Part shown: positions 29,345 to 39,977 of the stretch, piece by piece
Layout of the letters: each line of letters starts with the position of its first letter
Position numbering within the stretch: the stretch's first letter is position 1
IMG/VR virus record: IMGVR_UViG_3300028914_000066
Location: 1-64,000 of that record
Length of the DNA: 64,000 nucleotides
Reading direction: 5' to 3' (one strand)
Source of the DNA: a virus
Taxonomy: Duplodnaviria > Caudoviricetes
Notes under the pieces: model-generated
The model's database searches: none
The model's input: only the letters and a program-made list of their open reading frames with translations
What the model was told of the DNA's origin: nothing
Made by a program: the position numbers and the translations under genes

Positions 29345-32300
29345 ATGGCTAAAAAATATTCAAATAATCCTATTCCTGATAAATATACTGATTGGGGTAA
29401 AGATCCTACATATCATAATTATCCTTTTAGTGGTAGATCAGTTCAAAATTATATAAAGGAACAATTTGACAATAAAGTTGGTTATCTCCATCCAGATGCT
29501 AGTAATGAAAATTATTTATTATTTGCAGATGAAGATAACTATAACCTTTATATGTCAGATCCTGTACAATATGCAGATTTGCTTATAGGTACTGTTCCTT
29601 TAGCATCAAATTATGTAGTTGCTATAGATTTAGAAAATACTGAAACTATCAATTATATTAATTATGGTGATACAGGTAACTATATTCAGGCTTACTTTAA
29701 AGTTTTAAATAAAGGTGGTGCTGAAATTAGTGATGAGTTTAAAGTTACAATTACAATTCGTAATGGTTCAGCTGTAACTACACTTCATAGAAATGCAACT
29801 TATGGTACATTATTTAGCTTAAATATTGATGAATATTTAACTGAAGGAACTAATGTTGTTACTTTATCAGTAGCAGCAGTTACTTATGGTGTAGGTAGTT
29901 CTATATCATTAATGTATCATGCTATTGTTCTTAGAGTATCTGATGATTTAGATTTATCAGAAGTTTATGGTTCTGAGAATGAAGTTATTGAAGCTGCTGT
30001 ACATATTGAAGGTACAGGTACTAAAAGAATTGAATGGTTTGTTGATGGAGTTCAACTTCCTTTTGATTCTCAAACTGATGAAACATCTCAATCTTCTACA
30101 ACTTTAACAAGATATATTTCTGTATCACAATTAGCTGAAGGTAGACATAATCTTCAATATAGGGCAGTTGTTAATATTAATAGTGTTAATTTCTATAGTG
30201 ATACTCAATATAGAGATTTCATTGTTTATAGAGGACAAACTTTAGATACTATTATTGTCAATTCTTTCTCTTATAGGGGAGTTTCTCTTATTGATCCTAC
30301 TGATGATCCTATTGATTTGGGTTCAGTAGAGCAATATATGACAAAAGAAATAAAGTATGCTATTTATAATCCTAATAATGTAGCAGTAAATTCTCTTGAA
30401 ATAACTATTGCTGGTAAAACTACTACAGTAAATGCTGATAATTATAATGAATATACTTATGAATTAAAAGCATTTAGTGCAGGTTCAACAAGTTTATCAT
30501 TTAGTTTAAATGGTACAACATTGGAATATAATGTAGATGTTGAACAATCAAGTTTAGATTTAGATACAATAGGTAATACTGAATTTGAATTTGAAGGTAA
30601 TTGTAGAGTTAATACATCTATTGATAAACGATTAGAGAATTGGTCTTTCCATGCTTTGAGTGGTAGTACTTATGCTGCTTCTATGAGTGGATTTGATTAT
30701 ACTGAAAGAAATGGTTGGACAGGTGAAGGATTAATGATAGGTGCTGGAGCTTCTCTTGCATTTAATTGTGCGCCTTTAAATTATAATATTGTTCAAAATG
30801 GTGGTACATTTGAATTTGAATTTGAAACAAGACGAGTTCTTGATGATGATGAAATAATTTGCACTTTGATGCAAAATGGTGTTGGTATTAGAATTACTGC
30901 ATCTGAAGCTAAGATTGTATCACAACAAGGTGTTGAATTATCTTGTAAATATAAAGCTGAAGAAAGAAATAGAATTACATTTGTAATTAATCCTTTAAAT
31001 GCTGCTGTTAATAAAGGTCTTGTATTTATCTTTATTAATGGTATTCTTTCTGGTGTAAAGAATTATCAAGTTGGTGATAGTTTTACATCAAATATATATG
31101 CTGTATTTGCAGGTAGTGCTGATGCTAATATTGTTCTTTATCAATTAAGATTTTATAGAAGAGCTTTACGTCTTGATGAAGTTCTTAATAACTATATTCT
31201 TTACAGACCTACTGTTGATGAATTATTAGAAGCTTATGATAAGAATGATATTTATACAGGTGGTTCATTATCACTTGATAAACTTTCTGCTCAAACTCCT
31301 ATTATAATTATAACAGGTAATGTTCAAGAACTTCAAGACTTTACAAAAGCAGATAAAGGAACATATAGAAAGATGGCTAAGATTGAAGTTATAAATACTG
31401 ATGATCCTACTAGAAATCTTACTCTTGTTGATGCTAGTATGCGTTGTCAGGGTACATCTTCTATGAACTATCCTAAAAAGAATTTCCGTTTCTATACTCA
31501 GGCTGATAGTAAAGATGAAACTGTAGCATCTTATACAACTAAGATGTACGATTATGAAGGTACTGAATATACAGGTGAAGATAGACTTTATGCTTTCAAA
31601 CAAGGTGCTCAGCCAGTTAAAACTTGGTGTTTGAAAGCTGATTATGCTGAATCTTCTTCAACACATAATACAGGTACTGCAAGACTTTGGAATAATCTTC
31701 TTAAAAATGCAGTTATTCAGAATATAGATCAAAGATATTGTCAAAAAGGAAGTATTCCTTATAATGGTACTACTCCTTGTAGAACACAAGCTCAGCAAGC
31801 TGCTATTGATAATAACTATGAATATGATGTTCGTACTGCTATTGATGGATTTCCTATTGTACTTTTCTATCATCTTAATGAAAATGATCCTCTTATATTC
31901 TTAGGAAAATATAATTGGAATAACGATAAATCAACTGAATCAGTATTTGGTTTTAAAGATGTTCCTGGCTTTAATAATGAACATATGGAATGTTGGGAAG
32001 TTGTTAATGGTGACTATCCTGAAAACTTATTTACTGATTTAAGTAATTGGGATACTGATATTCAATATGAAGGTAAAACCATGAAAGGATGGCAACGTGC
32101 TTTTGAAGCTCGTTATCCTGATGATAGTGGTAAACCTTCAGAACAAACTCGTGCAGATCAAGCTCTTAAAACTTTTGCAACTTGGATTAATGGATTGAAA
32201 ACTGCTGCTAAAGTTCAAGGAGGTCAGGTAGTTGTAGACGATGTTTCAGTTATGGCTACATTTAGTGAACAAAAATGGCTTCATATGGATGTTTATAAGA

Positions 32301-35300
32301 TGGCTGCTTATTATGTTTATCTTATGCGTCAAGGAGCTGTAGACCAGACTGTTAAAAATGCAATGTTTACAACTGAAGATGGTCAGCATTGGTATTATAT
32401 TCTTTACGATAATGATACTATTAATGGTTTGGATAACAATGGTGCATTAGCATTTGGATATAATATTGATAGACAAACTATTGATCCTAGAACAGGTAAT
32501 AGTTATTGTTATGCTGGTCATGATTCTGTTCTTTGGAATAATCTTGAAGCTGATGCTGATTTTATGGCAATTGTTAAAATTGTAGACCAAGCTCTTTATA
32601 ATGTAGGTCTTACATATGCAGCTGCTATAAATATGTATAATAATGAACAATCTAAGAAGTGGTCTGAAAGAATACATAATCTTGATTCTCAGTATAAGTA
32701 TCTTGATCCTTGGCTTAATGATAATAACTCAGTAGGTCTTCCTAAACTTCAAGGTGCTCGTGATACTCATCGTCAATGGTGGTTATCTAACAGATTTGCA
32801 TTATATGATGCAATTAATGTTACAGGTGCTTATAAAGCTAATGTATTCCTTGTACGTGTATCTTCTGTTACATTACCTGCTCCTGTAAATGCTTATATAA
32901 CTCCTGCTAGAACAGGTCAAGTTTATGGTTATGGTAAAGGTGGTGTACCTATAGTTGCTGGTGTAATTGGAACTGTTGATGTTCCTATTGCTATGCAAAT
33001 TAGCGATGAACTTTATGTTGGTGCATCATTAGATTTCTATAATGCTGTATTTGCTAAGAAGATTGATATTTCTGCTATATCTCAATATCTTACTGAAATT
33101 CATCTTGAGGCTATTAATTCAGAAGCTTTTGATTCTTCACTTGAAGAATTGATTTTAGGTACTGAAATTTCTGAAGTAAATGTTAATGCTTTAACACAAT
33201 TAACTAATTTAGGTAAAGCTAAATATTTAAAGAAACTTGGTATTTGCAACTTTAATGGTCTTGTAAGTATTGATTTATCACAAAATAATTATCTTGAAGA
33301 ATTAGATGCTCGTGGGTGTGCTAATTTAACTAATATAGTATTTCCTGATGCAGCACCTATTAGTGCATTATATTTGCCTGCTAATTTACAACGACTCGCC
33401 CTTAAAGAGATAACAACATTACAAACTTTAAGTTTAGTAAATAATGGTGAAACTATTACAAATATTGATATTCGTAATTGTAATATTGCTGGATTTACAG
33501 ATGCACCTACTAAACTTTTTGCTTGGATGAATGCTAGAGGTGATGTTCAAGGTCAATTAGATGTTTATGTAGATAATATTAATTGGAATAATATAGATCC
33601 TGATGATATTATTGAGTTTGGTCAATATGTTAAATCTAAAGGTTATCTTACATTAAAAGGTAGATGTGTTCTTTCTAGTTTAACTCTTGAACAAGTTGAT
33701 AGTTTAAGAGAAGTATTTGGTAATAATTGTTTTGATGCTGATGCTTCACTTAGATTTATTGCTACAGGTATATTCTTTACAGGTCCTGATGATATACTTT
33801 CTGATGGTCAATATCAATATGCTGTTGTAAATGCTACTGGTGCACAAGGTACTATTACATATTCTATTACTCAATCTGCTAGTATTACAGGATTAACTAT
33901 TAGTAATCAAGGTTTACTTACTGTTCCTGAAGTAACAGGTAGTGATAAAAATATTACAATTCGTGCTACTTTTGAGGATGCAACAACAGGTGATATTACT
34001 AATGAAACAATGAATATTGTTGTAAGAAAACGTGTATATCCTGCAAATGCTACTATTAATGGTCCTGCTAGAGTTGAAAGTAGAGAAACATATAATTGGT
34101 CTACAACTACAACAGGTATTAATACAAATGATAAAATGTATGCAGAATGGACTTTAACAGGTGATATTACTAATTCTGTTAGAATAGCATCTCAAAATTT
34201 ACAATCTTGCATACTTGAATTATTTGGTAGTCCTATAAATGAAACTGGTACTTTAACATTAACATTAAAGAAAGTTGCTGATGATAGTACAATTCTAACT
34301 ACAACTATGAATGTATCAGCTTTTAATAATTCTATTGCATTTACAAAAGAAACAGATCCTTATCTTGTAGAAGTAATGCATAGTAATTATAATGCTAATG
34401 GGGATCTTCTTTGTGCAAGTGCAGATTATATGACTAAAGCAGAATGTAATGCAGTTGTAAATGAAGATTTATATCAACATTTAACTCCTACACAAGCTAA
34501 TAGTATATTTTATAACAATACTAATTTTAGAAATTATTGTACAAATTTAGATGCTTTAAAATATTTTACTGGACTTACAGAAATACCAGATTATTGTTTT
34601 TATGCATGTAATATAATTGAAATAACAATACCAGAAAATATAGTAGTAATAGGCAATAATGCGTTAAAATATTATAATACTGTAAATAATGAATCTTCTT
34701 ATAAATTAAATAAATTAGAATTTATAGATAATATAAAACCTATTACAATAAATGGTTTAAATTTAAGAATAAATTCAGATTTAATATTTACAAAACCTAT
34801 AATTATTACACAATCAGCTGGTTTATGTTTTTGGAATAATAATAGAGATATTTTACGTACTGTAACATTCAATAAATTAAATATAAATAATGGTTCAGTA
34901 TGTACTGGTGGTATTGGTAGTAGTGGAAGCTATTGGCTTACTAGTAATATAACATTAAAAGTTTTAGAATCAGATTATATAAAACAAGAAAATTATGGTT
35001 GTTTTTATGCAAAAGATATAGAAATATATTTTGAATTATCAAATGATAATAATTATAAATATTTTGTTAACGACATTTCAAATTTATTTTTTAAAGATAC
35101 AACAATAATTCCAGATAGGGTTATAGCCAACGTAACTAATTTAGATGTAAATATTTATTGTGATAAGGAAATAAATTATATAGGAAACTATTATCTTTAT
35201 GGCAAATTATATTTGCTTAATAATACAAGTGTTCCTCAAACTTGTAATTTAATTAATTCACGTCTTGGAGGAAAATGCATTGTGGTTCGTCATGATATGT

Positions 35301-36136
35301 TATCAGCTTTCCAAAATGCATTTCCTGCTATTGCAGATCATTTTACTGATGAATTTACACCAGAAGGCGATCCTGTAGATTTTACAGTTACAGGCGATGA
35401 TGTTCCTGGACAAGCTATAGGAACTATTCTTCATGTAGCTAAAACTTATAATGGTCATTACGCTGATGGAACTCAAGGACAAGAAGTAATAGTTGAAGAT
35501 ATGGAACAAGAGGATAACTTCTTTGCTCAAAATGAAGGTAATACACCTATTACAAGAACTTTTAATGTTACAATTGATACAATTACAAAAAGTTGTACTA
35601 TAAATCAAGAAGTAATAGATAATACTTTGAGTGAATTTGAGTATCCAACAGGAAATAATATTAAAGTTATTTATGGTACAACATATAAAGATGATATTAT
35701 AAATCTTTATATAGATAATAAAAAGAAAATTATAAACAGAACTAATTATAATATACAAAATTCTGGTTATAATGTATTAATGAAATTAAATTCAAATATA
35801 ACAAATAGTACAAGTTTATACGGAACTGCAATTAAAAAAGTTAAACTTAAAAATATTAATAATATATATAGTTCAATATTTGAGCGATGTTCTAATTTAA
35901 CTAATGTAGAATTTCCTTCTACTTTAAGTACATTTAAAGGAGATTTATGTAAAAATTGTCCATTAACAGAATTAATATTTTTAAGTATAACAGCTCCATC
36001 TTATTATCAATCTGTAAGTCTTAATACAACAGGTTGGGGTGAAAATGGCATTCTTAAATATCCTCAAGGTTCTAATTATTCTAATATTACAAGTAGAATT
36101 CCTTCAGGTTGGACTACAGAAGAATTAACAATTTAA
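29345..36136 (+). CDS. giant multidomain tail/receptor-binding protein (beta domains, CotH-kinase-like, LRR, Ig-like, BspA-like LRR)
   Basis: QGTSS..YPKKNFR, KADYAESS, DQTVKN, YDNDT; LxxLDLSxNxxLEELD repeats; LKYFTGLTEIPDYCF and FERCSNLTNVEFP. Confidence 0.8.
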   Translation: MAKKYSNNPIPDKYTDWGKDPTYHNYPFSGRSVQNYIKEQFDNKVGYLHPDASNENYLLFADEDNYNLYMSDPVQYADLLIGTVPLASNYVVAIDLENTETINYINYGDTGNYIQAYFKVLNKGGAEISDEFKVTITIRNGSAVTTLHRNATYGTLFSLNIDEYLTEGTNVVTLSVAAVTYGVGSSISLMYHAIVLRVSDDLDLSEVYGSENEVIEAAVHIEGTGTKRIEWFVDGVQLPFDSQTDETSQSSTTLTRYISVSQLAEGRHNLQYRAVVNINSVNFYSDTQYRDFIVYRGQTLDTIIVNSFSYRGVSLIDPTDDPIDLGSVEQYMTKEIKYAIYNPNNVAVNSLEITIAGKTTTVNADNYNEYTYELKAFSAGSTSLSFSLNGTTLEYNVDVEQSSLDLDTIGNTEFEFEGNCRVNTSIDKRLENWSFHALSGSTYAASMSGFDYTERNGWTGEGLMIGAGASLAFNCAPLNYNIVQNGGTFEFEFETRRVLDDDEIICTLMQNGVGIRITASEAKIVSQQGVELSCKYKAEERNRITFVINPLNAAVNKGLVFIFINGILSGVKNYQVGDSFTSNIYAVFAGSADANIVLYQLRFYRRALRLDEVLNNYILYRPTVDELLEAYDKNDIYTGGSLSLDKLSAQTPIIIITGNVQELQDFTKADKGTYRKMAKIEVINTDDPTRNLTLVDASMRCQGTSSMNYPKKNFRFYTQADSKDETVASYTTKMYDYEGTEYTGEDRLYAFKQGAQPVKTWCLKADYAESSSTHNTGTARLWNNLLKNAVIQNIDQRYCQKGSIPYNGTTPCRTQAQQAAIDNNYEYDVRTAIDGFPIVLFYHLNENDPLIFLGKYNWNNDKSTESVFGFKDVPGFNNEHMECWEVVNGDYPENLFTDLSNWDTDIQYEGKTMKGWQRAFEARYPDDSGKPSEQTRADQALKTFATWINGLKTAAKVQGGQVVVDDVSVMATFSEQKWLHMDVYKMAAYYVYLMRQGAVDQTVKNAMFTTEDGQHWYYILYDNDTINGLDNNGALAFGYNIDRQTIDPRTGNSYCYAGHDSVLWNNLEADADFMAIVKIVDQALYNVGLTYAAAINMYNNEQSKKWSERIHNLDSQYKYLDPWLNDNNSVGLPKLQGARDTHRQWWLSNRFALYDAINVTGAYKANVFLVRVSSVTLPAPVNAYITPARTGQVYGYGKGGVPIVAGVIGTVDVPIAMQISDELYVGASLDFYNAVFAKKIDISAISQYLTEIHLEAINSEAFDSSLEELILGTEISEVNVNALTQLTNLGKAKYLKKLGICNFNGLVSIDLSQNNYLEELDARGCANLTNIVFPDAAPISALYLPANLQRLALKEITTLQTLSLVNNGETITNIDIRNCNIAGFTDAPTKLFAWMNARGDVQGQLDVYVDNINWNNIDPDDIIEFGQYVKSKGYLTLKGRCVLSSLTLEQVDSLREVFGNNCFDADASLRFIATGIFFTGPDDILSDGQYQYAVVNATGAQGTITYSITQSASITGLTISNQGLLTVPEVTGSDKNITIRATFEDATTGDITNETMNIVVRKRVYPANATINGPARVESRETYNWSTTTTGINTNDKMYAEWTLTGDITNSVRIASQNLQSCILELFGSPINETGTLTLTLKKVADDSTILTTTMNVSAFNNSIAFTKETDPYLVEVMHSNYNANGDLLCASADYMTKAECNAVVNEDLYQHLTPTQANSIFYNNTNFRNYCTNLDALKYFTGLTEIPDYCFYACNIIEITIPENIVVIGNNALKYYNTVNNESSYKLNKLEFIDNIKPITINGLNLRINSDLIFTKPIIITQSAGLCFWNNNRDILRTVTFNKLNINNGSVCTGGIGSSGSYWLTSNITLKVLESDYIKQENYGCFYAKDIEIYFELSNDNNYKYFVNDISNLFFKDTTIIPDRVIANVTNLDVNIYCDKEINYIGNYYLYGKLYLLNNTSVPQTCNLINSRLGGKCIVVRHDMLSAFQNAFPAIADHFTDEFTPEGDPVDFTVTGDDVPGQAIGTILHVAKTYNGHYADGTQGQEVIVEDMEQEDNFFAQNEGNTPITRTFNVTIDTITKSCTINQEVIDNTLSEFEYPTGNNIKVIYGTTYKDDIINLYIDNKKKIINRTNYNIQNSGYNVLMKLNSNITNSTSLYGTAIKKVKLKNINNIYSSIFERCSNLTNVEFPSTLSTFKGDLCKNCPLTELIFLSITAPSYYQSVSLNTTGWGENGILKYPQGSNYSNITSRIPSGWTTEELTI

Positions 36137-36149
36137 ATTAAAATAAACT

Positions 36150-36542
36150 ATGTATAAGATTGATAACATTGTATATTCAGATGCTGGTAAGCTTTTAATA
36201 TTTGATAAATTTAAAGGTTATTCTCATATAGGTAATATTGAAGATTTTAGTGAAATTAAAATTAATTTAAACTTAGCTACTATTGAAAATAATATAATTA
36301 CTTTTGATGGTTTAGCTCCAATTTACATTAATGAAACTAATAGTAAATATAATTATGGAAATTGGAAGAAACATATTATTAATCTAAGATATTCTAACGA
36401 TGATCAAATAGCTATCATTTTAAATAAAGATAGTGGTGATGAAAAGGATTTATTAAGATATAATAAAATGCAAGAATGGAGAGTATGGGCTGGACAACTT
36501 GCTAATAAAATCTTAGAAATGCTTAATATTAACAATAATTAA
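36150..36542 (+). CDS. putative tail fibre assembly chaperone
   Basis: RYSNDDQIAIILN...MQEWR; directly after fibre gene. Confidence 0.55.
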   Translation: MYKIDNIVYSDAGKLLIFDKFKGYSHIGNIEDFSEIKINLNLATIENNIITFDGLAPIYINETNSKYNYGNWKKHIINLRYSNDDQIAIILNKDSGDEKDLLRYNKMQEWRVWAGQLANKILEMLNINNN

Positions 36543-36553
36543 CTTAAATAAAT

Positions 36554-36596
36554 TGATAGTCTGAAGATAGTAATATATCTTTGGACTATCATTTAT
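36554..36596 (+). terminator. intrinsic terminator
   Basis: TGATAGTCTGAAGATA-loop-TATCTTTGGACTATCA then TTTATT. Confidence 0.7.
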
Positions 36597-36742
36597 TAAT
36601 ATTAATAGTTATATGATAATTACTGATAATAAACATAATAAAGTTTATATTACTACTCCTTTTGGATGTATAACTATAAAAGATATACATACAAATGTTA
36701 TAAATAAAACAGATAACGAAATAATAAATACAACATTTAGTT

Positions 36743-36997
36743 ATGATTGAATATAAGTTTGAAACTAAATTTAAAGTTGGAGATAAAATATTGGCTTTCT
36801 TTGATGGAAATTTATCTTATGGAATTGTAGATAGGATTGAAAGTAATACTATGATGTATTCTGATGTAAAAACAACAAACAATAGATATTTTTGTTCACC
36901 ACTTCCAGATAGAACTAAACCAGGTCAAAGAATATTTAAAGAAAATGAAGTATTTAAAGATAAAGAAGAATTAATAAATAGTATAAACAAATTATGA
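36743..36997 (+). CDS. hypothetical protein (SH3-like)
   Basis: ETKFKVGDK...ENEVFKDKEELI. Confidence 0.7.
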   Translation: MIEYKFETKFKVGDKILAFFDGNLSYGIVDRIESNTMMYSDVKTTNNRYFCSPLPDRTKPGQRIFKENEVFKDKEELINSINKL

Positions 36998-37197
36998 CTG
37001 CTAATGAAGAGAAAGAACTACTTAGATTAACTAAAGAAAATAACTTTATGTTAAAACAAATGTATGGTTATATTTCTCATCATATAGCAAATATTAATCA
37101 AGAGAATACGGATGACTTTATTAGAAATATTCTTGCTAATGTTATTTCTAACTCCCCTTTAAAAGGAAATGATAACAATGGATTTAACAATAGATGA
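36994..37197 (+). CDS. hypothetical protein
   Basis: 67 aa, ATGA overlap. Confidence 0.65.
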   Translation: MTANEEKELLRLTKENNFMLKQMYGYISHHIANINQENTDDFIRNILANVISNSPLKGNDNNGFNNR

Positions 37198-37252
37198 TAA
37201 TACTAAAAATAAAATAATTAATCGTTATATTAATAAATTAAAACTTAAACGT

Positions 37253-37756
37253 ATGGAACTTAAACACACTGTTTCTTTAATGCTTAGTTCTGATTATAAA
37301 GAACGTTTTATAGCAGAGTATCTTCAAGTTAAAATTAGATATGAAAAACTTATTGCTATGTGTAATAAGTGGGATGAAGGTAAACTTGAGTTTACACCTA
37401 CTTGTCCTAGAAGTCTTTATGCTGACCAACTTGGATATATGCAAGCTTATATGTCAGTTCTTGAAGAACGTGCTAAACTTGAAGGTATTGATTTATCTGA
37501 AGAAACTTTAGCTCATAGAACAGAGTATGTTCCTAGAGTTAAGGAATTTAGACAACTTGGTGATGAATTAATTCAATCTGTTAAAGAACTTCAACCTTCT
37601 AAAGAAGTTGAATTAAGTATAATTAAATTTCAAGAAGGTGTTATGTGGTTAGGTATGGAACTTAAACGTATTAATGAACCTAATCCTTATCCTAATAGCA
37701 AAGATGCTAGCACAGGAAACGTTATTGATAAAACAGCTGATGGTTTAAAACTTTAA
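37253..37756 (+). CDS. two-domain protein: crAss001_48-like domain plus Acb2/Tad1-like helical hairpin
   Basis: MLSSDYKERFIAEY...PTCP...QL..M..Y..VLEER and PSKEVELSIIKFQEGVMWL; likely start ATG 37253. Confidence 0.6.
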   Translation: MELKHTVSLMLSSDYKERFIAEYLQVKIRYEKLIAMCNKWDEGKLEFTPTCPRSLYADQLGYMQAYMSVLEERAKLEGIDLSEETLAHRTEYVPRVKEFRQLGDELIQSVKELQPSKEVELSIIKFQEGVMWLGMELKRINEPNPYPNSKDASTGNVIDKTADGLKL

Positions 37757-37759
37757 TAT

Positions 37760-38083
37760 ATGGAAAATATTATTAATGAGATTATTCAATCAATTCTTAG
37801 TAGTTTTGATTTTGCTTTTTGTCTTATAGTTAATTTAGCAACTTACTTTGTTATTCAAGGTCTTACTGCTTGTAAACTTAATCTTGGTACTTGGGCTAAA
37901 AGAGGCATTTTAGTAGCAATCATTCTTCTTACGGGGGTGCTTTATAAGGTTACTAATGCTGATGATATAAGAGTTCTTATTAATAGTGCAATACTTGCAC
38001 CTGTTAGTTGGAGTTGGATATTTAAACCTATACTTAAATATTTAGGTCTTGATTATAAAAAGAAAGAAGATGGCAAAGAGTAA
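37760..38083 (+). CDS. putative holin
   Basis: 107 aa, three hydrophobic helices, charged C-terminus. Confidence 0.6.
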   Translation: MENIINEIIQSILSSFDFAFCLIVNLATYFVIQGLTACKLNLGTWAKRGILVAIILLTGVLYKVTNADDIRVLINSAILAPVSWSWIFKPILKYLGLDYKKKEDGKE

Positions 38084-38204
38084 TTCAAGTAAAAGTTCCA
38101 ATAGTAAATCCAATAGTTCTAGACGACCTCAACCTAAATCTCCTCCTGGTGGTTATAGTGGTAAAAGAACTAGGTATGATGAAGGAGGAGAAATTGATTG
38201 GTAA
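38070..38204 (+). CDS. 44-aa basic Ser-rich micro-protein (not in ORF track)
   Basis: MAKSNSSKSSNSKSNSSRRPQPKSPPGGYSGKRTRYDEGGEIDW overlapping both neighbours. Confidence 0.6.
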   Translation: MAKSNSSKSSNSKSNSSRRPQPKSPPGGYSGKRTRYDEGGEIDW

Positions 38205-38568
38205 AGCTCTTTATAAAATAAGTTTGTATCTGCTAGAGAAGATACCAATGGTAACTGCGGTATTGTATCTAGCAGATACTATTTTATCCTATTTTACAGA
38301 TAAAAGTAATGCAATTATTTCTCCTATATGTGGAATGTCATTACTTCCTATTATTTTCTTTTATGTTACTTCTATAACATTTGGATTTTGTAAATGGCAT
38401 AGAATGTTTATACATTATATTGTAGTCAATGAAGCATTAAGTTGGTATGATTATTATGTTGGTATTCCATTAAATGCAGTTAATTTATTAATGTTAAACT
38501 TAATAATAGCAGGAATATTTTTGTTTTTAATAATATATTTCAAGTTTAGAGTATGCGTGAAGGATTAA
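38176..38568 (+). CDS. multi-pass membrane protein
   Basis: 3-4 hydrophobic segments, FGFCKWHRM; ATG start near 38176. Confidence 0.7.
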   Translation: MMKEEKLIGKALYKISLYLLEKIPMVTAVLYLADTILSYFTDKSNAIISPICGMSLLPIIFFYVTSITFGFCKWHRMFIHYIVVNEALSWYDYYVGIPLNAVNLLMLNLIIAGIFLFLIIYFKFRVCVKD

Positions 38569-38846
38569 GAATGTTGTTAGTTAGAGAATTAAGAGAACTA
38601 GCTACAAATATAGAACTTGATAGATGTGAGGCAACAGATGAACAAGGTTTAGATGTATTAGATCTTCTTCGTCATAAACCTATGTATAAAGAACAATCAT
38701 ATGAATATCTTGGATTAGGTAGAAGTAGATTTGATGATTTAGTTCGTGATGGTATTCTACCAAAAGGTAGAAAAGATAAAGGTGGAAAACTTTATTGGTA
38801 TAAAGATGAACTAGATAAAGCAATAAGAGATTATAAAGTAAAGTAA
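38553..38846 (+). CDS. AlpA/excisionase-like HTH DNA-binding protein
   Basis: KEQSYEYLGLGRSRFDDLVRDGILPKG...LYWYKDELD. Confidence 0.8.
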   Translation: MREGLRMLLVRELRELATNIELDRCEATDEQGLDVLDLLRHKPMYKEQSYEYLGLGRSRFDDLVRDGILPKGRKDKGGKLYWYKDELDKAIRDYKVK

Positions 38847-38877
38847 AATTCAGTGCCGTAAATCGGTAGTGCTTGCA

Positions 38878-38916
38878 GTCGCTAAATAGTTGATATTTAG
38901 CGGCTTTCTTTGTTTT
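38878..38916 (+). terminator. intrinsic terminator
   Basis: GTCGCTAAATA-GTTGA-TATTTAGCGGC then TTTCTTTGTTTT. Confidence 0.8.
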
Positions 38917-39030
38917 GTCGGCATTATTTTGTTTGACCTGATGTGCGTATTACCTTAGTGCCATAAATCAATTACGCGCGAAATTGAAATATTAAATTTA
39001 ATCAACTTTAAAAACTTAAATGAAGAAATT

Positions 39031-39954
39031 ATGGCACAAGATGGTGTATTTATTTATCCAGACGCAGCAAGACCTGCTACTTCTACTATTGACCCTAATC
39101 TTATGTTGGCTCTTAGTAACAATGGTGGTTTTGGTGGTAACAACGCTTGGTATTGGATAATATTCTTATGGATGATGTGGCAGAACAATGGTGGTCGTGG
39201 TAATTTTAATGACTATGTTGCATCAATGAATGGTAATGAAGGTCGTCAGTATCTTGCAGAAATAATGAATGGTAGATTTGATAATATTAATACTTTAGCT
39301 CAGATTGTTAATACAGGTGTAGAAACTGTTAAGAATGGTATATTCACTCTTCAGACTTCTATTCAGCAAGTTGGTGCTCAAGTTGGTATGTCAGGTCTTG
39401 AAGTTCAGAATGCTATTGCTCTTGGTAATGCTGGTCTTGCTAAACAATTATGTGAGTGCTGTTGCGAAAATAGACTTGCTATTGCTAATCAGACTGCTGC
39501 TCTTCAGAGTAGTCTTGCTGCTCACGATGCTAGTGTTCGTTTGCAACTTGCTCAGAATGAAGCTGCTGATCAATTAGCTGTATGTCAGCAAACTAATGCT
39601 TTATCAACTCAGGCTGATAGAAATGCTAATAGTATTCTTAATGCTATTGCTGGTCAAAATACTCTTATAACTAAGGAGTTCTGTGATTTGAAAGAACGTG
39701 AACTTCAGAATAAGATTAATACACAAGGTGATATTATTACTCAGTTACGCAATCAGATTAGTAACGATAAACAAAGTGAAATGTTTAATGCTGCTATAAA
39801 TGCTCTTAATGATAAGATAACTTTACTTGCAGCTAAACAGCCTAACACTGTTCCTGTTCAATATCCTAATCTTGTAGCTGCTAATGCTACACCTTATGTA
39901 GGTGGTTATGGATATGGTTATGGAAATGGTTTTGGCGGTGGTATTGTATTATAA
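39031..39954 (+). CDS. Gly-rich membrane-anchored coiled-coil protein with CECCC motif
   Basis: GGFGG-AWYWIIFLWMMW, QLCECCCENRL, GYGYGYG tail. Confidence 0.85.
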   Translation: MAQDGVFIYPDAARPATSTIDPNLMLALSNNGGFGGNNAWYWIIFLWMMWQNNGGRGNFNDYVASMNGNEGRQYLAEIMNGRFDNINTLAQIVNTGVETVKNGIFTLQTSIQQVGAQVGMSGLEVQNAIALGNAGLAKQLCECCCENRLAIANQTAALQSSLAAHDASVRLQLAQNEAADQLAVCQQTNALSTQADRNANSILNAIAGQNTLITKEFCDLKERELQNKINTQGDIITQLRNQISNDKQSEMFNAAINALNDKITLLAAKQPNTVPVQYPNLVAANATPYVGGYGYGYGNGFGGGIVL

Positions 39955-39977
39955 TTAACGGATAAGGAGGTAAAAGT

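Noticed and set aside
29345-36542. Diversity-generating retroelement target
   Set aside because: No reverse transcriptase and no TR/VR repeat pair seen in the window
38553-38846. Prophage excision module
   Set aside because: Only an AlpA/Xis-like HTH; no integrase, att site or host genes in the window
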